A stretch of 64,000 bases of DNA from Thermoproteota archaeon. Lineage in GTDB: Archaea > Thermoproteota > Thermoprotei_A > Sulfolobales > Ignisphaeraceae. Position numbers and translations under genes: made by a program. The DNA lies in assembly GCA_030550585.1 (NCBI GenBank), contig JAUQPB010000004.1:64001-128000 (forward strand), written 5' to 3'. The notes beneath the pieces are model-generated. The model did not search any database. It was not told the origin of the DNA and worked only from the letters and a program-made list of their open reading frames with translations. Of the stretch, positions 33,373-43,261 are shown piece by piece. Positions within the stretch are counted from its first letter, which is position 1; the number at the start of each line of letters is the position of its first letter.

Positions 33373-34134
33373 CTACGTCAGATCACCACAGCTACATGTA
33401 AATTCGTGTACAATTCTATGGAGCTCCTCAAGCCCCTGCATATTCTTTGCAGATACTCTTGGAACTCTAGTTGCTTTTGCATAGAGCCATAGAATATCCA
33501 TTATCTTTGCCAGCATCTCCCCGTATAACCCACTGCTCCTAAGCTTCTCTGCAACAATATCTACATCGCTTATTACATCCCCCATTAGCTCTAGATCAGA
33601 TGCAACATCGTATTTGTTTATAACTGGAACTACATCTACCCCAAGTCTAGCCTGGAGAGCAACAGACATTATGGATATGAATGCATAGTCTTCGAATCTC
33701 CTAATAACCTCTCCATCAAGAACAAACAATACTAAAACATCCTTCGAAACCCTTTTTACAGCCTCGAAAAGCTTTGGCGCAACATCCCTAAATATGAACA
33801 CCTCCATCTGTCCAGGGGTATCAATTAAAACAAAATCAGCTTCAGCACCACTAATAGCATTCTCAACTATTCCCACATTCTCTGCCAGCATATCCATAGA
33901 CTTCACAAGAGCTCCGTTGGGCCCGAGGCCAAGCTCCTTAGCAATTCTATGCGCATCTATATAGATCCTCACATCGAAGTCTGGTTCATACGGGATATAC
34001 TCAGCAGCTGTATCCAAATTAACCTTGTACACCTTTGCATCAATCTCTTTAGCAAGCCAGCTAGAATAGGCATAGACAAGAGTAGACTTGCCAGAGCCTG
34101 CGGGGCCAACAAAAGCAACGACAGCCTTGCCCAA
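33373..34134 (-). CDS. GPN-loop GTPase
   Basis: GPAGSGKS, LGPNGAL, DTPGQME, NKYD, SA. Confidence 0.92.
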   Translation of the reverse strand: MGKAVVAFVGPAGSGKSTLVYAYSSWLAKEIDAKVYKVNLDTAAEYIPYEPDFDVRIYIDAHRIAKELGLGPNGALVKSMDMLAENVGIVENAISGAEADFVLIDTPGQMEVFIFRDVAPKLFEAVKRVSKDVLVLFVLDGEVIRRFEDYAFISIMSVALQARLGVDVVPVINKYDVASDLELMGDVISDVDIVAEKLRSSGLYGEMLAKIMDILWLYAKATRVPRVSAKNMQGLEELHRIVHEFTCSCGDLT

Positions 34135-34230
34135 TGCCGACCACCATAAAGAAAAACACTTATATTTCTTCTAACGCAATTATATTTATAAATTAAATTC
34201 TTTAGGAAAGACCTTTGAGGATGGTAAGAC

Positions 34231-35034
34231 ATGAAGATTTCGAGAAAATATTATATAATAGTGACAATAACATTACTATTGTTATTTGTTAATATAGTTA
34301 TACCCATGGAGGCTATTGTAATGGGAACCTCTCCTAATGCAACAAGACAGAAGTATAGACCTCTAATAGGGGGAATACAAATTGGGGTGGTGAAATGGTC
34401 TTGGTTTATTCCTATATATAAAGGGTATTGTACTATAGGTTATTCTGCTATGGATAGAAATGGACTGCTGGGAGTTGTTACAGCTGGTCATTGTAGTAAT
34501 TGGGATCTACCAGTAAGCGTGTATCAACCTGATTTGTGGGAACATATAGGCGGATTCAGTTATGTGAACAAAACATGTGACTTAGGCTTCATACCTTATT
34601 CAAATTCGGCAGCAAAAATCTTGTACATAGATATTTATAACAATTCTCATATATTTGATGTAAATAATATAATAAGTTGGGAGTATATTGACGTGTGGAA
34701 AAATGAGATATATAATAAAACTGGTCGTAGCACTGGCACTACAGATGGGTACCTAGTGGCTGCATCTAGTGATCCAGGTTATGATATTATATGTGATTCT
34801 CTTGGCTTAAAGTATTGTCTATTCTTAACATATTACAGCGAGCCAGGCGATAGTGGAGCACCTGTATACGAATTGTATCCTTTACCAGCTAAAATGGAGA
34901 TAAGAAAATTGTTGCTAGGACATCACTGGGGACGAGTAACAATTGATTATGGAAGCTATTGCATAGATCTTGCGGTAGCAATAAGTGTTAAAGGTGCTAT
35001 AGAAGCAGGGTTTATACCCTTAGTAACAGGGTGA
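34231..35034 (+). CDS. Secreted S1 (chymotrypsin-like) serine protease
   Basis: Signal peptide, TAGHC, D, KTGRSTG, GDSGAP. Confidence 0.88.
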   Translation: MKISRKYYIIVTITLLLLFVNIVIPMEAIVMGTSPNATRQKYRPLIGGIQIGVVKWSWFIPIYKGYCTIGYSAMDRNGLLGVVTAGHCSNWDLPVSVYQPDLWEHIGGFSYVNKTCDLGFIPYSNSAAKILYIDIYNNSHIFDVNNIISWEYIDVWKNEIYNKTGRSTGTTDGYLVAASSDPGYDIICDSLGLKYCLFLTYYSEPGDSGAPVYELYPLPAKMEIRKLLLGHHWGRVTIDYGSYCIDLAVAISVKGAIEAGFIPLVTG

Positions 35035-36164
35035 GGGGCATGGACAATATAAACAGATACAAAGTTAAAATTATTGTCATAGGTATTTTTCTATTACTAT
35101 TGGTATCGATATCTTTTCAGAAACCAATTATAGCTATGGCTAACACTACTATTGATAAATCAATAATATATATGCATGGTTTAGGAGCGAGTAAAGGGAC
35201 AATCGAAGAAGCTAAGAAATATCTTAGCATAATATTGGATAAGTTTGGCAATAGCACTATTGCTTGTGGCTACTATAGGGCCACAATCATTCGGCTAAAC
35301 AATAGTGCAAGCAGTAAATACATTATCGTTATCGAATTTGCAAACAACACAATGCTTAGGTATAAAAATATTTATGTATGTACCTTTAAACCACCTTGCT
35401 TCCTATTTGAACTTGGACTTGGCCAAGTTATGTCCCATATTCGCATTATTAAAATACTTAAAAACTTAAGTAGAGATTTACTCGATGCTTACATAGCAAA
35501 CGAGAGTTTTAGGTCAATAATCCAGGGAGCTCCAGATGTAGAGAAGTCGTTGACAAATGCCGATAAACTAGTGGGTATGGCTAGATTGTTAATAGCCAAT
35601 GAGACTCCTGTTAATATTCATGAGATTAGAGAGAGGTTTGGGAATGCTCAAGAGGATATAATCATTATTTATGATAGAAAGCTTATCGAGTTTGGGAAGC
35701 ATGTATCTAAGGGGTACCACGAATATCTCAGAGCATTCTCCAAATGCGATAATGAATGTATAAAGGATATTAGGAACATTCTCAAAAGATATTACGATGA
35801 TACCGGCATAGACCTTAAGCTAAGCAGTTTCGACATGGATCACCCCAATACTGTGGTTAATCAGTCATGGCCTAGAATAGCCTTCGCATTTGTGCCCAAG
35901 ATTCTCAATGCTGGAGATTATGAAAGACTTGGATATGTTGTGCAAGAGCTTGCAGACTATCTAAACAATAAACTAGGTTTAAACATACCGACGTTCATTT
36001 TCATTTGGGAGGGGATAAAGATAACATATCGTGAAGATGTGCTTAGGATACCATGGTACATAACGGCATTAAATGTTGCAAGAACTATATGGCCTCTTCT
36101 AGTCTTCTCAGCTATTATTGCAATACTGTATGTTTTAGTACTTAAAAAACGAGTTCTTAAATAA
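35031..36164 (+). CDS. Secreted, C-terminally anchored hypothetical protein
   Basis: N-terminal signal/TM and C-terminal TM with basic tail; overlaps the protease stop. Confidence 0.7.
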   Translation: MRGMDNINRYKVKIIVIGIFLLLLVSISFQKPIIAMANTTIDKSIIYMHGLGASKGTIEEAKKYLSIILDKFGNSTIACGYYRATIIRLNNSASSKYIIVIEFANNTMLRYKNIYVCTFKPPCFLFELGLGQVMSHIRIIKILKNLSRDLLDAYIANESFRSIIQGAPDVEKSLTNADKLVGMARLLIANETPVNIHEIRERFGNAQEDIIIIYDRKLIEFGKHVSKGYHEYLRAFSKCDNECIKDIRNILKRYYDDTGIDLKLSSFDMDHPNTVVNQSWPRIAFAFVPKILNAGDYERLGYVVQELADYLNNKLGLNIPTFIFIWEGIKITYREDVLRIPWYITALNVARTIWPLLVFSAIIAILYVLVLKKRVLK

Positions 36165-36239
36165 GAATTGTTTTTATTTTTATTGCCGCGCTGGCTTTAT
36201 TGAAGCTGTGCTAGTAATTGCTTTGAAATATGGCTTTGT

Positions 36240-37226
36240 CTACCTGTATCCCATGGCTATAATTAGGGCTGCTGATATTAGTGATGATAGCATGAATATT
36301 GTGTAAAGTGCTGCTACAAGCTCTTTTTCGCTTAGCCCGTTTCTTGCGAATCCTGTTACAAGTCTTACTAGTGTTATTGGCGCTGATGGGTCTTTTGATG
36401 CGTGTATACAGCCTTTTTCATCTACATATGTTGGCCTCTTTACGCTTTCTTTTTGTAGGAATCCTCTTACAGATGCTATGTAGTAGAAGCCGTTTATGAA
36501 CATTGGGACCGAGGCCATTATGTAGTATAGCTCTAGTCTGTACTTCACTAGCATTAGGGGTATTGTTGCGCCTAGTATAAATGCCCCTGTGTTTCCATTG
36601 AATATCTTGGCTGGGTACACATTGAATAAGCTGTATACCAACACCGTTACTATCACTGTTAATAGGGGGAGGCAAGAAGCTATATCTGAGCCCGTCAGTA
36701 GCTTTGTTGCAAATGCGAATAGGTGTGTCGATAAAACGAATATGGGTAGGGTTCCATTATGCGTATCTATCATGTTTGCACCATTCTGATAAACCGTGAA
36801 GGCAGCTAGTAGAAGAAGTGGATAGAGAGTGGATATCCTGATGAAACCCGCCATTGGTATCCAAGGCCTCGGCTCATAGACGTGCAGCAACAGTATTGGG
36901 ATGGCTGGGAGAATCCCAAGGACTATTTTCCACCTAGACTTAAGGTCTATCACATCGTCTGCTAAGCCAATTGCAAATGATATTAGAATTGATGATAGAA
37001 AAGCCTCTAGGTATGTTAAATCAATATAGCCGTTGATGAGGAGAAGAGGAAACCCTGTTAATATGCCTGCTAGAACCCCGAAGCCACCTATGCATGGTAT
37101 CTTCGGTCTGCTAATCTTGTGAACATCTGTGCATAGAATCCCAAGCTTCTTCTCAGCAACTATGGAGGCAATGGTTGCTAAAGCTGTTGCTAAACCTGTT
37201 GCAGCTAGCACATATAGCCACTCCAT
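36240..37226 (-). CDS. UDP-GlcNAc:polyprenyl-phosphate GlcNAc-1-P transferase (GT4/MraY family, AglH-like)
   Basis: DVHK..P.IP..GG, GLADD, N..NMID..NG, FNVYPAKIFNGNTG. Confidence 0.85.
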   Translation of the reverse strand: MEWLYVLAATGLATALATIASIVAEKKLGILCTDVHKISRPKIPCIGGFGVLAGILTGFPLLLINGYIDLTYLEAFLSSILISFAIGLADDVIDLKSRWKIVLGILPAIPILLLHVYEPRPWIPMAGFIRISTLYPLLLLAAFTVYQNGANMIDTHNGTLPIFVLSTHLFAFATKLLTGSDIASCLPLLTVIVTVLVYSLFNVYPAKIFNGNTGAFILGATIPLMLVKYRLELYYIMASVPMFINGFYYIASVRGFLQKESVKRPTYVDEKGCIHASKDPSAPITLVRLVTGFARNGLSEKELVAALYTIFMLSSLISAALIIAMGYR

Positions 37227-37274
37227 ACTAATCAGCCATAATATGGATATGCACCCCTGAAATAAAAGCTGCTA

Positions 37275-37853
37275 CTATGTTGAGTGTATTGTAATAGTCT
37301 CTCCCCTTGTGGTAATCCTGCCTCTTTCAAGCTCATACAAAACTATTTTTGCTATCCAGTTTCTGTATAGCTCCACCTCAATGAATGAGGGGGTAAAAGA
37401 GCCTCCTCCACCACCCCACACACCTGTGATGGAACCAGGGTTTATGTGTATAACACCAGATTCTACAGTTATAAATGGTGAGTGGGTATGACCTGAAACA
37501 AGTATTGATACACCCATGCTCTTGGCAATCATTGTCAAAGCACCTATATTGCCTCTAGGCCTAACCTGGTCACCATGGATAACACCAATCTTTGTACCAA
37601 AAACATCTATAACCTCCTCCTCTGGAAGATCAAGGTAATCCATGTTGCCTTGAACAACATATGCCTTCCTCCCCAACCCCCTTACATAGTCTAGAACATC
37701 CTCGTCAACAACATCACCTGCATGAACAACAATGTCATATCTTCTATTCTTAAACAATTCTGTGAATTCTTTTGGAAACCAATCTGCTCTCTCATGGATA
37801 TGGCTATCAGACATCACCAATATCAAAACCTTCTCCATTTCCATTGCCACCAC
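37275..37853 (-). CDS. YfcE/MJ0936-family phosphodiesterase
   Basis: SDSH, HAGD, GNMD, HG, SGHTH, NPGS. Confidence 0.92.
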   Translation of the reverse strand: MVAMEMEKVLILVMSDSHIHERADWFPKEFTELFKNRRYDIVVHAGDVVDEDVLDYVRGLGRKAYVVQGNMDYLDLPEEEVIDVFGTKIGVIHGDQVRPRGNIGALTMIAKSMGVSILVSGHTHSPFITVESGVIHINPGSITGVWGGGGGSFTPSFIEVELYRNWIAKIVLYELERGRITTRGETITIHST

Positions 37854-37958
37854 CTCATCACAACAAGTATCTCTGATAATCTGAATCCAATATAATTGTT
37901 TTAAATGTTTAATTCGTAATTCAATGTCCTTTCAAAGCAGAAGGACTTTTAAACTCTC

Positions 37959-37982
37959 CAGATATATCTGCAGATATATCTA
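37959..37982. promoter_or_regulatory. Probable PadR operator
   Basis: Perfect 22-bp palindrome AGATATATCTGCAGATATATCT (37960-37981) between the TTTTAAA box and the padR start. Confidence 0.75.
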
Positions 37983-38474
37983 GTGATATCCATGTTCAAG
38001 CCATCTCATAGAGAATTCGAGTTCAACACAGCTCTCATAATACTCTATACCCTTTCTAAGGGGCCTGCCCATGGCTATGAAATTATGAGGAGGATTAGAG
38101 AGGAGTTCTATATTCATAAGAGCCCTGGTATTCTTTACCCATCGCTTAGAAGGCTTGTTTCTATGGGGTATATAGAGGTTGTTGGACAGAGTACAAGGGG
38201 TAGGAAGCTCTTTAGGGTGTATAGACTTACTGAGGAGGGTAAGAGGCTTCTCTCTAGCAACATGGACAGAGTTGAGCATATAAAGAGGTTTTCAAGGGGG
38301 ATGAAAATCTTCGATGATTGTGGAGGGCATATGCTTAGAGAATCTATCTTTAGACTTGTAGAGGCTCTTCCCAATGCTACTAACGATGATTTGGAGCTGC
38401 TAAGCAATATGATAAGTGCTTTTGTTAGGAACCTGGATGAGCTGAGAAACAGGATTCTTTCAAGAGGTGCATAG
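37983..38474 (+). CDS. PadR family transcriptional regulator
   Basis: GPAHGYEIM, SPGILYPSL, YRLTEEG. Confidence 0.92.
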   Translation: MISMFKPSHREFEFNTALIILYTLSKGPAHGYEIMRRIREEFYIHKSPGILYPSLRRLVSMGYIEVVGQSTRGRKLFRVYRLTEEGKRLLSSNMDRVEHIKRFSRGMKIFDDCGGHMLRESIFRLVEALPNATNDDLELLSNMISAFVRNLDELRNRILSRGA

Positions 38475-38476
38475 AT

Positions 38477-39469
38477 ATGGAGTTCGACATAGTTGTTGAA
38501 AACCTTGTTAAGAGGTATGGGCCTGTAGAGGCTGTTAGAGGCATAAGCTTTCAGGTTAGAAGAGGAGAGATATTCGGGTTTCTAGGACCTAACGGAGCTG
38601 GGAAAACAACAACTATACATATTCTAGCAACTTTGCTAAAACCAACATCTGGGAAAGCGCTTGTAGCTGGCTATGATGTTGTTTCAGAGCCTGACAGAGT
38701 TAGAAAGAGCATTGGCATAGTTTTCCAGGATCCATCTCTAGACGATAATCTAACTGGCTATGAGAATCTGTATATACATGGGAGGCTCTACGGCCTAAAT
38801 GGACAGAGTCTAAGGGAGAGGATCGAGGAGGCTCTAAAATTTGTTGAGCTATGGGATTTCAGAGACAGGTTAGTTAGAAGCTATTCTGGTGGCATGAGGA
38901 GGAGACTGGAGATTGCTAGAGCAATGCTACACACACCCAGGATACTATTCCTAGACGAGCCAACAATAGGCCTTGATCCACAGACAAGGGCTCATATATG
39001 GGACTATATAAAGAGGTTGAACAGGGAGTATGGCACAACAGTTTTTCTAACGACACACTACATGGATGAGGCTGAAATGCTGTGTGATAGAATAGCTATT
39101 ATAGACCATGGGAAGATAATTGCCATGGGAACAGCAGAGGAGCTGAAATCAATGGTGGGGTCAGATGTGGTGTATATCAAGCTTGGTAAACCAGATGCAG
39201 ATATATGCTCAAAGCTATCGATAGCAAATGTGGAGAACTGCAAGATTGTTGAGGGTGGCACAGTTGCTCTACAGGTTAGGAAGGCGACAGAGGCTATACC
39301 AGCAATTCTGCTCCATCTAGATAGGCTAGAGGTGAAGGTTACAGAGGTTAGCTATAGAAGACCATCGCTAAACGATGTATTTATCCACCTAACTGGCAGA
39401 GAGATGAGGGATTCTGAAGGTAGTTTTGTTGAAGTTGCTAGAATGATGCATAGAGCTAGGATGAGGTGA
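38477..39469 (+). CDS. DrrA-type ABC exporter ATPase
   Basis: GPNGAGKTT, YSGGMRRR, LDEPT, TTHYMDEA, SLNDVF. Confidence 0.95.
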   Translation: MEFDIVVENLVKRYGPVEAVRGISFQVRRGEIFGFLGPNGAGKTTTIHILATLLKPTSGKALVAGYDVVSEPDRVRKSIGIVFQDPSLDDNLTGYENLYIHGRLYGLNGQSLRERIEEALKFVELWDFRDRLVRSYSGGMRRRLEIARAMLHTPRILFLDEPTIGLDPQTRAHIWDYIKRLNREYGTTVFLTTHYMDEAEMLCDRIAIIDHGKIIAMGTAEELKSMVGSDVVYIKLGKPDADICSKLSIANVENCKIVEGGTVALQVRKATEAIPAILLHLDRLEVKVTEVSYRRPSLNDVFIHLTGREMRDSEGSFVEVARMMHRARMR

Positions 39470-40263
39470 TGGACATGATGGAATCTATATATATAATGGT
39501 CTATAGACAGATAAAGAGGTTTGTTAGAGCAAGGTCTAGAATAGCAGGCACAATAATAAACAATGTCCTGTGGCTACTGTTCTTCGGCCTTGGCTGGGCA
39601 TACACGCTAAGAGGACAGCAATTCCAAGTGCTATTCAAAGGCCTTGACTATCTAGCATTCTTGCTACCAGCAACATTTGCGACATCGATATTCCAGGCAA
39701 GTTTCATGGGAGGGATTTCGGTGATCTGGGACAAACAATTTGGTTTCCTAAAGGAGGTTCTCGTGGCGCCAGCCCCAAGATCTCTTACAATACTTGGGAG
39801 GGCATTGGGAGACTCTGTTGTCTCGCTATTGAATGGATTGATAATGCTTGCAATGGGCTTTGCACTAACATCTAAGCTAAATCCATTGGGGCTTCCAACA
39901 GCTCTTGCAATAGGGTTTGTAATGGCAGTTGGATTCACATCGATGGGGATAGCAATAGCCTCTTCAATGAGGAGTCCAGAGGGTTTCCAGCTAATTGTTG
40001 CAACAATTACCATGCCCATGACTCTGCTAAGCGGATCTATGTTCCCATTGAATATGACTCCACAGTGGATGCAGATACTGGCGCTAATTTCTCCACTAAC
40101 ATATGCTGTTGATCTATGCAGATACTACTTAACTGGGGTGTCATTTCTAGACATGGTCTATCCTTGGCTAACCCAAGAAGTTGAGATACTATTGTTAGTG
40201 ACAACATCTATAATCTTGATGATCATAGCCATGAGGATGTTTGAAAAGACAACAATTGAGTAA
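39466..40263 (+). CDS. ABC-2 permease
   Basis: DKQFGFLKEVLVAP, LSG.MFP, PLTYAVD. Confidence 0.93.
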   Translation: MMDMMESIYIMVYRQIKRFVRARSRIAGTIINNVLWLLFFGLGWAYTLRGQQFQVLFKGLDYLAFLLPATFATSIFQASFMGGISVIWDKQFGFLKEVLVAPAPRSLTILGRALGDSVVSLLNGLIMLAMGFALTSKLNPLGLPTALAIGFVMAVGFTSMGIAIASSMRSPEGFQLIVATITMPMTLLSGSMFPLNMTPQWMQILALISPLTYAVDLCRYYLTGVSFLDMVYPWLTQEVEILLLVTTSIILMIIAMRMFEKTTIE

Positions 40264-40284
40264 ACCAAAGATCTAGAACGTTTT

Positions 40285-40884
40285 TCAGCTAAGCGACTTT
40301 ATGTATTCGCTCACCCCCGACATAATCATTTCAACAGCGAATGAAGCTATGATTATCGACATGAATCTTCCTAGGCCATGTATAAACGTTGTTCCAGCTA
40401 GCTTTGCTATCTCCTTAGATACTCTGAGAACTATATATGTTGCTACAAATGCTATGTATGAAGCTATCAATGTGTTTAGAATTCCATAGAGCTTTGCAGA
40501 TGTTATTAGAAGAGTCATTGTCCCTGGCCCAACAATGAGAGGCGTTGCTATTGGCACTATAATGTATGTTCCAACATCTATCTTCTCTGGCTTGTGCCCA
40601 GTTAGAAGAGTGTCTATAGCTGTTGCCATCAATACCACCCCTGCAGCCATTTTAAATGCTGGTATGCTTATACCGAAAAGCGAGAGTATGTATCCTCCAA
40701 CCACAGCGAAAATGTTTAGCAGAATAAATATTGCTAGAGCGGCTTTGTCTATAAGCCTCTTGCTCTCCTCAGGCGATACAGTTGATATAACATCTAGAAG
40801 TGTTGGGATGGCTGCTAGAGGATCCATTATAGCGAATAGCTGAACAGATAACAAAGCTATTGTAGATGGCTCTATGGGGGGCAT
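40285..40884 (-). CDS. MarC family membrane protein
   Basis: IMDP, FGIS, VPIATPLIVGPG. Confidence 0.92.
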   Translation of the reverse strand: MPPIEPSTIALLSVQLFAIMDPLAAIPTLLDVISTVSPEESKRLIDKAALAIFILLNIFAVVGGYILSLFGISIPAFKMAAGVVLMATAIDTLLTGHKPEKIDVGTYIIVPIATPLIVGPGTMTLLITSAKLYGILNTLIASYIAFVATYIVLRVSKEIAKLAGTTFIHGLGRFMSIIIASFAVEMIMSGVSEYIKSLS

Positions 40885-40934
40885 TGCAAAAGCCTTTATA
40901 TGGAGATCTTAGATAGAAAATCTAAAAAAGTTTC

Positions 40935-41105
40935 ATGGGTTTGCACATGGATAGAGCAATTCATTTGATTCTCTTTGCAGTTGCCTCTATAAGCATAGGG
41001 TCGGCATCTATATTCGTTAGAATCTCAAATGCTTCGCCAATTGCATGTGCCTTCTGGAGGCTTTCAATAGCATCTATCATACTTGCTCTTCTACCAACAG
41101 GCAAA
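40935..41105 (+). pseudogene. EamA/DMT transporter 5' fragment
   Basis: SIGSASIFVRIS...AFWRL motif then sense is lost near 41105. Confidence 0.75.
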
Positions 41106-42370
41106 GAAAGATATTGGCAGGACTGGCCAACGATATTGCGTATGTGGAGGAGAGGATTCAAAGTGACACCCGTTTCAAGAACCTCCGACCACACCTATCT
41201 GACATACTCAATGCAATTCGCCAAGCCTCACAACAAAAAGTCTTGCAACAAACAATGCATAAACCTGTTGTAAAACCAGCTATACAGGTGGAGACTCCGT
41301 CAAATCGTCTAATACCCTATCCTATAGAAAAATGTATTTCTACGTTTGTCGATGGTGCTAAGGACTGTCGCTCTATCGACTGCGTCTTGACAAAGCTTTC
41401 AACAGCTTTTCTATCTATAAGAGATTTCGTTGAAGCGTCCTTAGAGCCTGTAAGAGAGGATGAACTTGTAAAAATGTTTCTCTCCCACCCGGATGTCATG
41501 AGGGTTTTGTCTGGTCTAGGTGAAAACCTAGAATATGTGGAGGCGAAGATTAGCGTTGACATGAGATTTGATAATCTTAGACTGTACCGGAACGAAATTC
41601 TAGATGCAATAAAAACGGCATACCAAATTTACGTGCCAACACAGAGATATGAAACATATGAAAGGCCTCCGACATGGCAGGTAGAGCGCATGGAGTATGC
41701 ACTTACAAGCCAACCGCCTCCACCTAGGGATACCTCAGAGGATTACAGACCTAGCAGAGTCAGACACATACCAATTGCCAGAAAATATGAGGAGCGGAAA
41801 GAGCCAGATACAAGCCATATCAACAAGGGCTATGGAGAACCAGTGAAAACAGGCACAAAGCGAAGAATCTCTCTACCTAAGGTGGGTTTGTCAAAACTCT
41901 CCTATGTCCTTTGTGTGTTGCTCCTGCTGGCGCTTGGTTACATATTCATGAAAGTCCCTTGGATAATTTTCTACGGCGAACGGTACTACATAGGTAGTAT
42001 AAAAACTACATCAGTACAGATAGCTGCATCTGGCTGGGACATGACATGGCTCTTCATAGAGTATTGGCGTACATTTAATATGCGCCCGCCTATGTTTATT
42101 GTGTACTTCATTGGCCTGCTCCTAGCGGTTATAGCATTTGTTGCAAAATCGACTGTCCTTTCAACGATATCAGGCTTGGCAATGCTTATTGGGTGGTACG
42201 ACTTCTACACGCACGCAACTGCGTACTATAGATTCTATGTCCAGTTAGTGGCGCTTCTTGGGCTAATCAATATTAAGGATGCAGCGCTTACAACGGGAAC
42301 ATACCTCGCCGGAATCCTATCATTCCTATATTTAGTGCTTGGAACATATTTAATACATAAAATGCGCTGA
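41106..42370 (+). CDS. 5'-truncated membrane protein with 1.5 copies of an unrecognised Cx4C domain and a 4-TM C-terminus
   Basis: Internal repeat (..D.RF.NLR...I..AI..A.Q), Pro/charged linker, four hydrophobic helices. Confidence 0.7.
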
Positions 42371-42413
42371 CAGAGTGGAATAGTGTGTGTATAGTGAGGT
42401 TTTAGTTAAGGGA

Positions 42414-43043
42414 TTAGTGCAGTAATGCTAGAGCTAGTGCTATGAGCGCCGCTATCATTGCTCCTATAGCTACCGGCTTTAGTAGCTTCCTGATTATTGA
42501 CTTCTTTTCGACTCTCAGCTCTACCTCTACATTTCTATTAGCTATGACCACCTCTTCGGTGTGCCCGTCTACTGATAATCTTAGTATAGAGAACTTGGGC
42601 ACCGGCATCGTTGCTGTGCCTTGCTCATCTGCTGTAAGCATTATCGTCTGTTTTCTCACTTTTTCTTCGCTTGGATATATTATTGTGGCCTCTACCCTCG
42701 CATTTTTGTATGGTTTACCGTTTTTCAGCACCTTGATTGATGCTCTCACTGTTTCACTTGGTTTGGCTCCGAAAACTACTGACAAGTTTTTCAGCATTTC
42801 TGCTAGCTCTTCTTCGCTAATGCCACGCTCTTTCACACTGGATTTTACCCTTAACTCAATGTTGCACCCTAGTATACTAAGGAGGTCACTTATGTCTTTG
42901 AACATCTCCGGCTTTTGATGTGCTACCACCGCTGATAAGTGTGCTAAGTAGTTCCTGAGAGTGTTTAAGTCTATTTTGTGTTCCACATAGTAATCTCTGA
43001 GGTTATAGAGCCACTCCACCATTAGTTCTTCAAAGACCTCCAC
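42414..43043 (-). CDS. Tail-anchored protein with prealbumin/Ig-like beta domain
   Basis: NGKP..NA.V...TADEQG.A motif; single C-terminal TM; no signal peptide. Confidence 0.65.
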   Translation of the reverse strand: MEVFEELMVEWLYNLRDYYVEHKIDLNTLRNYLAHLSAVVAHQKPEMFKDISDLLSILGCNIELRVKSSVKERGISEEELAEMLKNLSVVFGAKPSETVRASIKVLKNGKPYKNARVEATIIYPSEEKVRKQTIMLTADEQGTATMPVPKFSILRLSVDGHTEEVVIANRNVEVELRVEKKSIIRKLLKPVAIGAMIAALIALALALLH

Positions 43044-43255
43044 ATATTTTCGTATACCACCAGAATATGTGCATTATCGTATTCGTTTATCCATGTAACT
43101 ACCCTTCTAGACAACCCAGCCCTTGGTGCTATAGAAACATACTTCCTGCTTATTTCTGTTAGCTTAGGGTTAAACCTATAGGCTAGAATATAGTGCATGT
43201 CTGTGTTAGCATCCATGTCTCTGCAAATTAGTTTAGGCTCTACTAGTATTTGCAA
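43022..43255 (-). CDS. Small hypothetical protein
   Basis: 77-aa ORF tightly packed between co-oriented neighbours. Confidence 0.55.
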   Translation of the reverse strand: MQILVEPKLICRDMDANTDMHYILAYRFNPKLTEISRKYVSIAPRAGLSRRVVTWINEYDNAHILVVYENMWRSLKN

Positions 43256-43261
43256 CCACCT

